From Hyphomicrobiaceae bacterium (GTDB taxonomy: Bacteria; Pseudomonadota; Alphaproteobacteria; Rhizobiales; Hyphomicrobiaceae): a stretch of 64,000 nucleotides of DNA. The stretch is from the NCBI GenBank assembly GCA_041397765.1, contig JAWKWA010000008.1:94726-158725 (forward strand), in the 5' to 3' direction. The notes under the pieces were generated by a model that ran no database searches, had not been told where the DNA came from, and saw only the letters and a program-made list of their open reading frames with translations. Each line of letters opens with the position of its first letter. The stretch's first letter is position 1. The translations under genes were made by a program, and so were the position numbers. Shown here piece after piece: positions 40,173 through 50,074 of this stretch.

Positions 40173-41099
40173 ATGCTGATGACCTCGACGACGAGAGCGC
40201 AGGAAAATCCGGACCTTGCCGCCGGCATGGGACCGCCGCCCGCGGTCGACGACTATCTGCAGATCCGCGAGGCGATCGGCTGGCTGACCGCGCATTGGCA
40301 GTCCCAGCCCGATCTTGCCGCGCTCGCCGCCCATCTCGGCCTCGGCGCCACCCAGACCCAGAAGCTTTTCACGCGCTGGTGCGGCCTCTCGCCCAAGGAA
40401 TTCGTGCAGGCCATCACCATCGACCACGCCCGCGACCTGCTCGACGGCGATGCGAGCCTGCTCGACGCCGCGCTCGAGGTCGGGCTCTCCGGCCCCTCGC
40501 GCCTCCACGACCTCTTCGTCGATCACGAGGCCATGTCGCCGGGCGAGTATAAGCGCCGCGGCGAGGGGCTGACCATCTCCTGGGGCTTTCACGATTCGCC
40601 CTTCGGCCGCGCACTGGTGATGGCGACCGCGCGCGGCATCTGCGGCATCGCCTTCGCCGACGGCCCCGGCGACGAGCCGGCCGCGCTCGCCGACATGCAG
40701 GCGCGCTGGCCGGCCGCCCGCTATGTCGAGGCCCCCGCCGTCACCGCGTCCGAAGCCGCCAGGCTGTTCCGTCCGCTCGACTGGCAGGAGGAGGACCCGA
40801 TCCGCGTGGTGATGATCGGCTCCGACTTCGAGGTGCGGGTCTGGGAGGAGTTGCTGCGCATTCCGATGGGCGCGACCGCCAGCTATGGCGCCGTCGCCGA
40901 GGCCATCGGCCGGCCGCAGGCGGCGCGCGCGGTCGGTGCGGCCGTCGGGCGCAATCCGCTCTCTTTCGTCGTCCCCTGCCACCGTGTCGTCGGTAGCACC
41001 GGCCGGCTCACCGGCTATCATTGGGGCATCACCCGCAAGCAGGCGATCATCGGCTGGGAGAAGGGCTGCCTCAGGCGGCTGGCGGAGAAAGCCGTTTGA
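40173..41099 (+). CDS. AraC-type HTH fused to a methylated-DNA-protein-cysteine methyltransferase domain (Ada-like, no N-terminal Zn-Cys4 domain)
   Basis: N-terminus ...LAALAAHLGLGATQTQKLFTRWCGLSPKEFVQAITIDHARDLL (AraC HTH). C-terminus ...IPMGATASYGAVAEAIGRPQAARAVGAAVGRNPLSFVVPCHRVVGSTGRLTGY (MGMT PCHRV active site). Confidence 0.8.
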   Translation: MLMTSTTRAQENPDLAAGMGPPPAVDDYLQIREAIGWLTAHWQSQPDLAALAAHLGLGATQTQKLFTRWCGLSPKEFVQAITIDHARDLLDGDASLLDAALEVGLSGPSRLHDLFVDHEAMSPGEYKRRGEGLTISWGFHDSPFGRALVMATARGICGIAFADGPGDEPAALADMQARWPAARYVEAPAVTASEAARLFRPLDWQEEDPIRVVMIGSDFEVRVWEELLRIPMGATASYGAVAEAIGRPQAARAVGAAVGRNPLSFVVPCHRVVGSTGRLTGYHWGITRKQAIIGWEKGCLRRLAEKAV

Positions 41100-41613
41100 A
41101 CAGGATCGTCGTCGCCGTGAGCCCGCCATGGCTCATCAGCGCGAAATCGGGGATCCGGCCCGCTACCTGATAGCCGAGGCCGCGATAGAGCGTCTCGGCC
41201 GGCCCGTCGGTCTCGGTGTCGAGCGTGACGAGCGTGCGGCCGAGCCCACGCGCCTCCTGCTCGATTCGGGCCATCAGCGCCGCGGCGATGCCCCGGCGCC
41301 GGGCGCGGCGGTGGACCAGCAGCTTTGCCACCTCGGCCCGGTGCGGCTGGTTCGGCTGCCAGCAGGGATGGAGTTGCACCGTTCCGACGATCCCCCCGGC
41401 ATCGCGCGCCGCGAGCACGATCTTGCGATGGGTGGCGACCTCGCCTTCGAGCGACAGCCAGAAGCGGATGGCATCGAGCGGGGCGAGCGGCGCCATGAAG
41501 CTGACCCCGCCGCCGCTGTCGACGCAATCGATCAGCACCTCGGCGAGTTCGGGGATCGCCGCTGCATAGCTCGCTCCGTCGAGCCGGTCGATGACGACGC
41601 CGTCCCCGCTCAA
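41071..41613 (-). CDS. GNAT family N-acetyltransferase
   Basis: About 180 aa. ...[75 protein letters not shown]. Probable TTG start overlapping the gpmA stop. Confidence 0.65.
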   Translation of the reverse strand: MSGDGVVIDRLDGASYAAAIPELAEVLIDCVDSGGGVSFMAPLAPLDAIRFWLSLEGEVATHRKIVLAARDAGGIVGTVQLHPCWQPNQPHRAEVAKLLVHRRARRRGIAAALMARIEQEARGLGRTLVTLDTETDGPAETLYRGLGYQVAGRIPDFALMSHGGLTATTILFKRLSPPAA

Positions 41614-42230
41614 ATGGCGACCTCCCGCTTGTCCGCGACCGAGCCGTCGGCGGCGAGCCGGTAGACGATCGGCACGCCCGTCGCCAGCTCCCGCGCGATG
41701 ATCTCCTCGCCCGTCAGCCCCTCGAGCGACATGATGAGCGCGCGCAGCGAGTTGCCGTGTGCGGCGACCAGCACGCGCCGGCCTTCGAGCACCAACGGCC
41801 GGATCTCGGCCTCGTAATAGGGCAGGACGCGGGCAGCGGTGTCCTTGAGGCTCTCCCCGCCTGGCGGCGGCACGTCGAACGAGCGGCGCCAGACATGCAC
41901 CTGCTCCTCGCCCCAGCGCGTACGCGCGTCGTCCTTGTTGAGCCCCGACAACTCCCCGTAGTCCCGCTCGTTGAGCGCCTGGTCGCGGCGGGTCTCGAGG
42001 CCCTGCTGGCCGATCTCCTCGAGGATCAGGCGGAGCGTGTGCTGCGCCCGTGTCAGCCCCGAGGTGAAGGCGATGTCGAAGCCGAGCCCCATGCCCTTCA
42101 GCGCCCGGCCGGCGGCGCGCGCCTCGGCGATGCCCTTTTCGGTCAGGTCCGGATCGCGCCAGCCGGTGAAGAGGTTCTTGAGGTTCCACTCGCTTTGGCC
42201 GTGGCGGACGAGCACGAGAAGGCGATCCAT
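41610..42230 (-). CDS. gpmA: 2,3-bisphosphoglycerate-dependent phosphoglycerate mutase
   Basis: [33 protein letters not shown]... (RHG catalytic His), 206 aa. Start cat 42228-42230. Confidence 0.9.
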   Translation of the reverse strand: MDRLLVLVRHGQSEWNLKNLFTGWRDPDLTEKGIAEARAAGRALKGMGLGFDIAFTSGLTRAQHTLRLILEEIGQQGLETRRDQALNERDYGELSGLNKDDARTRWGEEQVHVWRRSFDVPPPGGESLKDTAARVLPYYEAEIRPLVLEGRRVLVAAHGNSLRALIMSLEGLTGEEIIARELATGVPIVYRLAADGSVADKREVAI

Positions 42231-42250
42231 GTTCACTCCGTTCGAGAGTT

Positions 42251-42544
42251 TCAGTCGTCGAGAAAGCCGGCCACCACCCAGCCGACCCCCTCGAGAGCGG
42301 CAAAAGCGAGCACGGCGGCAATGAGAAGGAAAAGCGCGACGGCGCCGGGCTCGCTGTCGAGCGCGCCCTGGCCGAGCCCGATTACGAAGGCGACCGTCGA
42401 GCCCAGAAGCAGGAAGCCCGCGACCAGGATGCCGAGCCGGCGAAAGCCGCGCCGGATCCGGGCCGACCACCCGATATGCCGTCCCGTCGCGGTCGTCGCC
42501 GGGGCGCGCTGGTTTGGATCTGCGTCGGTCGGGCTCGTCTGCAT
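42251..42544 (-). CDS. hypothetical small membrane protein
   Basis: Two hydrophobic helices ([49 protein letters not shown]). The start is uncertain. Confidence 0.35.
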   Translation of the reverse strand: MQTSPTDADPNQRAPATTATGRHIGWSARIRRGFRRLGILVAGFLLLGSTVAFVIGLGQGALDSEPGAVALFLLIAAVLAFAALEGVGWVVAGFLDD

Positions 42545-42559
42545 GGCCCGCTCCCCCAC

Positions 42560-43366
42560 TCACAGACCGAGCACGTCGGCCATGCTGTAATGGCCGGGCG
42601 CGCGATCCCGCGCCCACAGCGCGGCCTTGACCGCCCCCTTGGCGAACAGCGAGCGGTCGCCGGCCTTGTGGGTGAGCTCGATGCGCTCGCCATCGCCGGC
42701 GAAGATGACCGAATGCTCGCCGATCACGCTGCCGCCGCGCAGCGTCGCAAATCCGATGTCGCCGCGCTGCCGCGCCCCGGTGATGCCGTCGCGCGCCCGC
42801 ACCGATCGTGTCTCGAGATCGATGCCGCGGCCCTCGGCGGCGGCGCGCCCGAGCATCAGCGCCGTGCCGGACGGCGCGTCGACCTTCATGCGGTGATGCA
42901 TCTCGACGACCTCGATGTCGAAATCCTCATCGAGCGCCGCCGCGACCTTCCGCGCGAGCGCGACGAGCAGGTTGACGCCGAGGCTCATATTGCCGGCGCG
43001 CACCACCCGCGCATGGCGCGAGGCGGCGTCGATCGCCCCGATGTCGCTCGGCGAGAGCCCGGTCGTGCCGATGACATGGACGATGCGCGCCTGCGCGGCG
43101 AGCGCCGCAAAGCCGATGGTTGCCGCCGGTGCCGTGAAATCGAGAATGCCCTCGACATCCTTGATGACGGACAGCGGATCGTCCGTGACGGGAACGCCGG
43201 CCTCGGCCACGCCCGCGACGAGGCCGGCATCGCGGCCGAGCAACGCCGAGCCTTCCCGCTCGGTCGCCCCCGCGAGCACCGCGCCCGGCACCTCCGTGAT
43301 CGCCCGGATGAGCGCCTGCCCCATGCGGCCGCCCGCGCCCATGACGGCAAGTCTCATATCGGCCAT
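42560..43366 (-). CDS. dapB: 4-hydroxy-tetrahydrodipicolinate reductase
   Basis: [20 protein letters not shown]...[16 protein letters not shown]... 268 aa. Start cat 43364-43366. Confidence 0.9.
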   Translation of the reverse strand: MADMRLAVMGAGGRMGQALIRAITEVPGAVLAGATEREGSALLGRDAGLVAGVAEAGVPVTDDPLSVIKDVEGILDFTAPAATIGFAALAAQARIVHVIGTTGLSPSDIGAIDAASRHARVVRAGNMSLGVNLLVALARKVAAALDEDFDIEVVEMHHRMKVDAPSGTALMLGRAAAEGRGIDLETRSVRARDGITGARQRGDIGFATLRGGSVIGEHSVIFAGDGERIELTHKAGDRSLFAKGAVKAALWARDRAPGHYSMADVLGL

Positions 43367-43476
43367 GGCTCGACGCCCCTCGTTTCGACCATCTTGCGCT
43401 CTATAACAGCCGGACGGACATATGAAAACGGCCCGCCGCTCGCCGGACGGGCGTGCCGATTGGCTGGAGGTGGGTG

Positions 43477-44109
43477 ATGATCGAGAGGACGCGAGCCCGG
43501 GGCCGGGCTGGGATCGGCATTCTGATCGGCTTGGCGGGGCTGATCGCCGCTGGCGGCGCGGCGGCACTCGCGGCGACCGGCGAGGTGAAGAGCATCTACA
43601 CCACCATCGACCTGAAGAGCTGCAAGACGCTGCAGAAATTCGAGGACGGCGCCAGCTGGTACTGCCCCGGCACCATCGACGGCTACGACGTGCTGCTCTC
43701 GGAGGGCGACCTGCGCTTCATGGTGAGCTACGGCAAGCCGGTCGATGGCAAGGTCCCGCACGCCCAGACCCTCAAATCCTTCAACACGATATTCAAGGGC
43801 AATTCCGACCGCGCCGCTCTCGAATGGCGCGCCGAGCGGCGGGGCGCGGTCTGGATCCCCTACGCGACCATCCTGCGCTACTACACCTCGAGCGACGCCA
43901 GCGGACAGATGGTCCACGGCCAGGTGCTGGTCGTCTCCAAGGTCGGCGTCGCTACGGGCGCCGATTCCTGCCACGTCGCCTATGTCGACTCGCGCGCCAA
44001 CAAGGATGCGAATGCCCTCGCCCGCAAGGCTGCCGACGAACTCGCCAGGACATTCGACTGCCTGAAGGAGCCGGTGATCTACGGCAAGTCCGGCCGGAGC
44101 CCGATGTAG
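43477..44109 (+). CDS. secreted hypothetical protein
   Basis: Signal peptide [25 protein letters not shown]. Balanced composition with 4 Cys. No family recognised. Start either 43453 or 43477. Confidence 0.45.
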   Translation: MIERTRARGRAGIGILIGLAGLIAAGGAAALAATGEVKSIYTTIDLKSCKTLQKFEDGASWYCPGTIDGYDVLLSEGDLRFMVSYGKPVDGKVPHAQTLKSFNTIFKGNSDRAALEWRAERRGAVWIPYATILRYYTSSDASGQMVHGQVLVVSKVGVATGADSCHVAYVDSRANKDANALARKAADELARTFDCLKEPVIYGKSGRSPM

Positions 44110-44148
44110 CGCCCTGGATGCGCCGTCCGCGTCGGCGCCCCCCTCAGG

Positions 44149-44197
44149 ACTCACAACTCACAACTCACAACTCACGACTCACGACTCACGACTCACA
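44149..44197. repeat. heptanucleotide microsatellite (actcaca/actcacg) x7
   Basis: actcaca x3, actcacg x3, actcaca x1, contiguous and perfect. It sits in the 100-nt gap between the convergent genes 43477..44109 and 44211..44714. Confidence 0.9.
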
Positions 44198-44210
44198 TCT
44201 CTCCATCCGC

Positions 44211-44714
44211 CTAGCTCCAACCGAACGCCATCTTGGCGACCGTTGTGTCGCCGAACTGCTCGAGCGCTTCGCCGACCGGCCGGCCGCCGCGCCGCCGGTA
44301 GAACTCGCAGGCACCGCGATTGTCGCAGAGCGCCCAGACCAGCAGCCCCTCGAGGCCGCGCTCGTCGAGCACCTGCCGGCAGCTCTCGAACAGATGCACG
44401 CCGAGCCCGAGCCCCTGATAGACGGGATCGAGATAGAGCTCGTAGATCTCGCCCTTGAACGTCTGGCGCGCGCGCGACCGGCCGCAGGTCGCATAGCCGG
44501 CGATCACGCCGCCGGCCTCCAGCAGGAGCGGCGGGTCCCCGCTCCGTGCCGCCCTCGCCCACCAGTCTGCACCGCGCCGGCGGATATAGCCCTCGAGCTG
44601 AAGCCGCGGAATGATTCCCGTATAGGCGAGCGTCCACGATCGCGCGAAGATCTCGGCGATGCGCTCGGCATCGACATCGGCGGCCGGCCGCACCCGGGCG
44701 AATTGGGTCTCCAT
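44211..44714 (-). CDS. GNAT family N-acetyltransferase
   Basis: 167 aa. ...IAGYATCGRSRARQTFKGEIYELYLDPVYQGLGLGVHLFESCRQVLDERGLEGLLVWALCDNRGACEFYRRRGG. Confidence 0.8.
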   Translation of the reverse strand: METQFARVRPAADVDAERIAEIFARSWTLAYTGIIPRLQLEGYIRRRGADWWARAARSGDPPLLLEAGGVIAGYATCGRSRARQTFKGEIYELYLDPVYQGLGLGVHLFESCRQVLDERGLEGLLVWALCDNRGACEFYRRRGGRPVGEALEQFGDTTVAKMAFGWS

Positions 44715-44850
44715 CCCGCTAATATAGGTAGGCCGGCGAGGCGCCGCACCATGCCTCGCGCGGGGGGAGGGGCCGGTCCCCCGAGGCGGTTGTGGAGCCG
44801 CACCGGCGGGAGGTGCGCTTCTCCACAGGCTGCCCGGTCCCTCTCCGGCG

Positions 44851-46203
44851 CTATCTGAGATCGAGCTCCTTGATCTCGCCCGGTGCCACCTCGACGCCGA
44901 CCGGCGCGAAACCCTCATCGTTCGGATCGAAGATCTCGTAGCTGCCTTCGGGCAGGCTGAGGTCCTCCCCGTCGACCGGATCGAGCCCGCGCTCCCCCGT
45001 CGTCAGCGAGCGGATCGCGAAGAACCGCACCGGCGGGCTCGCCATCCGCACCCGGACGATGGCGCCGGTCACCACGGTCTTCCGGCCGGCCTCGAACGTC
45101 GCGGTGCCGAACGAGAAGCCGCTCGAGCTCTTCAGCTCGTAGGTGCCGGGCACCAGCGCCACCTTCTGGCCGGCCTGCTGGAAGATCGCCGCGACGTCCT
45201 CGCCGGTTTCCGGATCGATGAGGTCCATGTTGGCCGCCGCCGGATTGCGGAACTCGAGGAAGGCCGGCACCAGTTTCGTCGTCTCGCCGGCCCTGATCTC
45301 GACCCCGGTCCACGCGCCGTTGGTCAGCATCACGGTATAGATGCCCGCCGGCAGCTCCAGCCGGTTGCCGCCGACCGTGCCGACGATACCGGCATGTTGG
45401 CCGCTCTCGCTGTCGACGACCTCGACGCCGGCCTCGGCGATCCCCGGAATGGTCAGGATGCCGGGACCATGCGCCGGCTCGGGGGCGGCTTCCTGGATCG
45501 GCGCCGCCGCCGCTGCGACCAGCTTGTCGGCGAGATCGCGCATCGATCGTGCGTCGTAATAGTTGCCGCGCGCGACATTGGCGATGCACTGCAATTGCAG
45601 CCGCGTGCCGCTGTCGACACCGAAGCCGACGGTATGGACGACGAGTCCGGCATGGGCCGCCGCGAGCGCCTTGGCGACCGCGCACGGATCGGCCCGGCAT
45701 GTCTCCTTGCCGTCGCTGACGAGGATGATCGTATTGGCACTCTCGGGATGGGCCGCCAGATCCTCTGCCGCCTTCTGCAGCGACAGGCTGATCGGCGTAT
45801 AGCCCCGCGCCGCGAGCCCCGACACGGTGGCGTCGATCTCGTCCGCCCGCTCCGCCGCCGGTCCGAACGGCAGCACCAGCTCGGTGTCGCCGCAATTCTT
45901 CTCCTCCGGGTCCGACTGATGGCCATAGACCCTGAGCGCGAGCGAAATGGTGGGGGGAAGCCGGCCGACCATGCCGATCAGCGCATCGCGCGCCGCATCG
46001 AACCGCGTGGTGCCGTCGGGCAGCTCGGAGTTCATGCTGCCCGAGGCGTCGAGCACGAGCTCGATCCGGTCGGCGGTCGGCTGCTGACCCTGCCCGGCCG
46101 TCCCCGCCGCTCGGGCCGGGACCGAGGCTGCCAGGTTCGCGCAAGCGAGCCAGAGGCAGGCGACAAGGGCCGCAGCCCCATTCTTCGATGCGGCTCGACC
46201 CAT
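44851..46203 (-). CDS. secreted von Willebrand factor type A (VWA) domain protein
   Basis: Signal peptide, then ...IELVLDASGSMNSELPDGTTRFDAARDAL... (MIDAS DxSxS), ...IILVSDGKETC..., followed by beta-rich C-terminal repeats. Confidence 0.8.
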   Translation of the reverse strand: MGRAASKNGAAALVACLWLACANLAASVPARAAGTAGQGQQPTADRIELVLDASGSMNSELPDGTTRFDAARDALIGMVGRLPPTISLALRVYGHQSDPEEKNCGDTELVLPFGPAAERADEIDATVSGLAARGYTPISLSLQKAAEDLAAHPESANTIILVSDGKETCRADPCAVAKALAAAHAGLVVHTVGFGVDSGTRLQLQCIANVARGNYYDARSMRDLADKLVAAAAAPIQEAAPEPAHGPGILTIPGIAEAGVEVVDSESGQHAGIVGTVGGNRLELPAGIYTVMLTNGAWTGVEIRAGETTKLVPAFLEFRNPAAANMDLIDPETGEDVAAIFQQAGQKVALVPGTYELKSSSGFSFGTATFEAGRKTVVTGAIVRVRMASPPVRFFAIRSLTTGERGLDPVDGEDLSLPEGSYEIFDPNDEGFAPVGVEVAPGEIKELDLR

Positions 46204-46396
46204 GGAATTTGGTGCTCCGGGAAACGGCCGCTCGTAACGTACGGCGGGCCTCGGCTGGCTTTCGGCAAGGAGCATGACGGCTGATCGGCAAGGGGTGCAC
46301 GGACCCTCTGCACGATATGAATCTAGGATCGAATCCCGCCTCCGACAATGGCCCTCTGGTAACGTCAGGAAACGCCGGCCACGCTGCCCGGCCGTC

Positions 46397-47320
46397 TCAG
46401 CCGATCTCGCCCCCGACCGCCGCCTCGTAGGCCGCTCGCTGCAGCCGCGCCGCCGTCACCGCGTTCTGCATCAGGATCGACACCGTCACCGGGCCGACGC
46501 CGCCCGGCACCGGCGTGATCCAGCCCGCCACCTCCGCGCAACTCTCGAAGTCCGCGTCGCCGACCACCCGCGTCGAGCCGTCCGGTGCCGTCACCTGGTT
46601 GATGCCGATGTCGATGACGGCGGCACCCGGCTTCAGCATGTCGCCGGTGACGAGGCCGGGCTTGCCGACCGCGACGAACACGGCGTCCGCCTGGCGCGAA
46701 TGGATGGCGAGACTGCGCGTCATATGATGGCAAACCGTGACGGTTGCCCCCTCGCTCATCAGCAGGAAGGCGATCGGCTTGCCGACGATCTCCGAATGCC
46801 CGATGACGACCACCTCGAGGCCCTGCAGCTTCAGCCGCGTCTCTTTCAGGATGCGCACCGCCGCGACGGCCGTGCATGGACCCATGACGAGGTCGTTGTA
46901 GACGATGTTTCCGATCGAGGCGGGATGCATGCCCTCGACGTCCTTCAAGGGCGCCACTGCCCGCTGCAGCCGCTTGATCGGGATCTCGGCCGGTACCGGC
47001 CGCTGGATGATGATGCCCGAAGTGCGCGGATCGGCATTGAGGCCGTGGATGACGCCGGTCAGCTCCTCCGTGCCGATCGTGCTCGGATAGGTCCGCTCCT
47101 CGAACGCGATGCCGAGGCTCTCCGCCGTCCGCTTCTGGTTGCGGACATAGAGATGGGTGGCCGCGCCGTCCCCGACCGAGATCGAGACGAGCTTTGGCGC
47201 CCAGCCGCTCTCGGCGAGTGCCTTCGCCTCGGCGGCGATGGCCGGTGCCATGGACCGGGCGATGGTGCGGCCGTCCAATAGCTTGTGCCGGTGGGCGACG
47301 AGTTCCTCGGCGGTCATCAT
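46397..47320 (-). CDS. folD: bifunctional methylenetetrahydrofolate dehydrogenase/methenyl-THF cyclohydrolase
   Basis: ...LVSISVGDGAATHLYVRNQKRTAESLGIAF...VVVIGHSEIVGKPIAFLL...PVPGGVGPVTVSILM. Start MMTAEEL at 47320. Confidence 0.95.
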   Translation of the reverse strand: MMTAEELVAHRHKLLDGRTIARSMAPAIAAEAKALAESGWAPKLVSISVGDGAATHLYVRNQKRTAESLGIAFEERTYPSTIGTEELTGVIHGLNADPRTSGIIIQRPVPAEIPIKRLQRAVAPLKDVEGMHPASIGNIVYNDLVMGPCTAVAAVRILKETRLKLQGLEVVVIGHSEIVGKPIAFLLMSEGATVTVCHHMTRSLAIHSRQADAVFVAVGKPGLVTGDMLKPGAAVIDIGINQVTAPDGSTRVVGDADFESCAEVAGWITPVPGGVGPVTVSILMQNAVTAARLQRAAYEAAVGGEIG

Positions 47321-47633
47321 GGTCTCCTTGGCGAAGGCTTCACATGGCCGGGCCCCGTCATCACGAGGCCTGGGCATCGCGCGTAGGGGGCGATTGTCGG
47401 TCGGGCTGGCCCGGGCACGAATCGCGACGCCCGGCGCCGGCTCTTAAAGCATGGCCCGCATGTCGGGATCGTCTCAATCGCGACCGCCAATGCTCCAGCT
47501 CTGCCTTGTCATCGGCGCCGGGGGCCGATGCAGAATCCAAGTGGGATCAGAGGCTTCAAGCTCCCCGAAGGGATCCTGCCCGGGTTCCTGCGGGCCATCG
47601 CCGGCGACCGCCAGGGATGTCGCATCGCACAAA

Positions 47634-47670
47634 TTGCTTCGGCAACGCAACAATTCATGTTGCATTGCAC
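47634..47670 (+). promoter_or_regulatory. overlapping dyad symmetries in a lower-GC tract upstream of the phasin gene (candidate PhaR-type operator / promoter)
   Basis: TTGC-ttcg-GCAA, GCAAC-aattcat-GTTGC and TGCATTGCA within 47635-47670, followed by tactatatgtc (-10-like), about 140 nt upstream of the phasin ATG. Confidence 0.3.
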
Positions 47671-47805
47671 AACGAGCTGTACTATATGTCTCTTCACGAA
47701 ACGAACACGGCGGCCCGGCGATGCACCGGGCAGAAGCCGATCACCCCCGCAAGGTTGCGCAGCCGGCCCGTCGGGCCTCCCTCACCGGTACCAAGGAGAG
47801 CGATC

Positions 47806-48261
47806 ATGAACGACAAGTTCACCAAGCAGGCCGAGCAGTTCTTCCAGGCCGCCCAGGACGTCAAGATGCCCGAGTCCATGCAGGCGTTCGCCGAGGATGG
47901 CCTCGCCAAGTCGAAGGCCGCCTACGAGATGATGACCTCGGCCGCCAAGGATGCCGGCCGTGGCATGGAGGAAGTCGCGACCGTCGCCCAGAAGGGCGCC
48001 AAGGCGCTCGGCGAGAAGGCTCTCGACACCTTCAGCCGCAACACCGAGGCCGCCTTCGCCGCCGCCCAGCAGATGGCCCGCTCCAAGTCGCTGCCCGAGG
48101 CCGCCAAGGTCCAGGCCGAGTTCATGCAGACCCAGATGGCCAAGGCCGGCGAGCAGACCCGGGAGTTCTACGAGCTCTCCTCCAAGATCGCCCGCGAGAC
48201 CTTCGAGACCATGAGCGCTGTCGCGCGCAAGAACCTCGAGCAGATGAAGAAGGTCGGCTGA
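47806..48261 (+). CDS. phasin family protein (PHA granule-associated)
   Basis: 151 aa. MNDKFTKQAEQFFQAAQDVKMPESMQAFAEDGLAKSKAAYE..., alpha-helical, Ala/Gln/Lys-rich as in alphaproteobacterial phasins. Strong RBS aaggagag. Confidence 0.85.
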   Translation: MNDKFTKQAEQFFQAAQDVKMPESMQAFAEDGLAKSKAAYEMMTSAAKDAGRGMEEVATVAQKGAKALGEKALDTFSRNTEAAFAAAQQMARSKSLPEAAKVQAEFMQTQMAKAGEQTREFYELSSKIARETFETMSAVARKNLEQMKKVG

Positions 48262-48302
48262 TCGCGGCCGCTCCCTCCACCTGCACCAGAGCCAGAGAAA
48301 TG

Positions 48303-48337
48303 ACGGCCCGGGGCGACGCTCCGGGCCGTTTTCGTTC
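48303..48337 (+). terminator. intrinsic terminator downstream of the phasin gene
   Basis: Stem ggcccgg / ccgggcc around a 9-nt loop (ggcgacgct), then gttttcgtt. Confidence 0.7.
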
Positions 48338-48466
48338 GTCCCGGCCGGCTGATGCGATGCATGCCGACCACGCACATGCGCATTCTGCGCGGGAAATCCA
48401 CCTCCTGCGGTTCCAAAATCCGCGAAATCGACCATGCGATACTGGCCGGTTGACCCTGAGAGATCT

Positions 48467-48988
48467 ATGGGAATGGCGATGCGCGCTTTGGCGATGAGCA
48501 TGCGACGTGGGCCTCTGGCCGGGCTCGGTGCGGCCGTGCTGGCCGGACTGGCGCTTCTTTCGGCGACGGCCTCTGCCGACGACGGTCCCTTCTCCGGCTA
48601 TGCCGGGCGCTGGGTCGGCAACGGCTCGATCAAGATGGCGAGCGGGGCGAGCGAGCCTATCAAGTGCCGCGTCACCTATTTCATCAGCAATGGCGGCGCC
48701 ACGCTCCAGCAGAACATCCGCTGCGCCAGCGACAGCTACGCCTTCGAGGTCAAGAGCAACGTGCAGGCGGCCGGTGGCTCGCTGAGCGGCACCTGGGAGG
48801 AGACGACCCGCAGCGTCGTCGGCGACCTCTCCGGCTCGCTGAAGGGCCGCAACATCCGCTTGAGCGTCTCGGCGCCCAACTTCTCGGCCTCCATGTCGGT
48901 CGAGATGTCAGGCTCGGGCCAGTCGGTGGTGATCTCCCCTAAGGGCATCGACGTGACCCGCGTGTCGATCGGGCTGCGGCGCGGCTGA
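48467..48988 (+). CDS. secreted hypothetical protein
   Basis: Signal peptide LAGLGAAVLAGLALLSATASA. Ser/Gly-rich beta-type sequence with 2 Cys. No family recognised. Confidence 0.45.
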   Translation: MGMAMRALAMSMRRGPLAGLGAAVLAGLALLSATASADDGPFSGYAGRWVGNGSIKMASGASEPIKCRVTYFISNGGATLQQNIRCASDSYAFEVKSNVQAAGGSLSGTWEETTRSVVGDLSGSLKGRNIRLSVSAPNFSASMSVEMSGSGQSVVISPKGIDVTRVSIGLRRG

Positions 48989-49051
48989 CGGCCAGTCGGG
49001 ACGGCCGCGGTCTCGCGCCGGGTCCGCGGCCGGAAGGGTTGGGTCCTTCCT

Positions 49052-50074
49052 TCAACCCTCGAGCGTGAGGTCCGCCGTTGCCGGCCCGTCCGCCTCGTAG
49101 CCCCGCGCGATCATCCGGCCGCTCGCCGCCTCCGCGACCATGGCGAGACTTGTCGTCGGATTGAGCACCGGCGGCGCGAGCCAGTCGAGATCGAGACCGA
49201 TGCCGCCTTTGAGCCCTCGCATCATGGCGACGCGCTCGTCATTGCCGAGGCCGCGCACGCGCCCCTGCCAATCCGGCGCGCTCCAGCTATTGGCGGCGAA
49301 CGCCGCGCCGTCGTAGAGGCGCGCCATCTCCTCGCGGCGCTCGATGATCGCGCCCTCGCCTGCCTTCAGCCCCGAGAGCGTGAAGATCGCCGGCGCCGCG
49401 ACCGGCGTCTCTTCGAGCATACGCCGCGCGCTCGCATAGTCTGCGGCCGTCTCCATCACCCGCCGCAAAAGATGCGCCGGCGGCAGATGCTCCGATCGCC
49501 ACACCTGCCAACGCGCGATCGCCCAGTCGAGCGGCATCGCCCCGACCGGCATCGCCATCGGCGCCTGGTTGAGCGCCGCCGCGAACCGGCCGGGCGCCAT
49601 CGCCTGCAGCACGCCGGCGAAGCCCGGCCAGCTCATCGTCACATAGTCGCCCGCCCGATTGCCTGAGACGCGGACGGCATGGATATGGCGTCCGAGCCCT
49701 GCCGTATGCCAGTCGAGCACGCGGACGAGCCGCGCGCTCCGCGCCCGCGGACAGGGTTTCACCCCGCTCGTGCAGCCCCATTCGTAGTGTACGTTGAAGA
49801 AATAGGCGCCGGGCCGGCCAAGCAGCCGCGCCACCTCGTCGATTTCGGCGAGATAGGGATTGCGCGTGCGCCGCAGCCAGGCCCGCGAGATCCGGTCGGC
49901 GAGGCGGATGGCGGCAGGAGGTGTCGGCCCCGAGGCGTCCGCCAGCAGCGCCTCGGCAGCCCCCATTCCGACACGAAGCGATGCCGAAGCGAGATCGGCG
50001 CCGGTCTCGATCACGGGAATGTCCGGCAACGGCCGGCCGGTCGTTTCTGCGGGCATGGCGGTCCGTGCTGTCAT
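49052..50074 (-). CDS. hypothetical protein, possibly an Ntn-hydrolase (choloylglycine hydrolase / acid-ceramidase-like linear amide hydrolase)
   Basis: 340 aa, balanced composition. ...YFFNVHYEWGCTSGV... resembles the autoprocessing/nucleophile G|CTS motif of Cys-Ntn hydrolases. Confidence 0.4.
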   Translation of the reverse strand: MTARTAMPAETTGRPLPDIPVIETGADLASASLRVGMGAAEALLADASGPTPPAAIRLADRISRAWLRRTRNPYLAEIDEVARLLGRPGAYFFNVHYEWGCTSGVKPCPRARSARLVRVLDWHTAGLGRHIHAVRVSGNRAGDYVTMSWPGFAGVLQAMAPGRFAAALNQAPMAMPVGAMPLDWAIARWQVWRSEHLPPAHLLRRVMETAADYASARRMLEETPVAAPAIFTLSGLKAGEGAIIERREEMARLYDGAAFAANSWSAPDWQGRVRGLGNDERVAMMRGLKGGIGLDLDWLAPPVLNPTTSLAMVAEAASGRMIARGYEADGPATADLTLEG

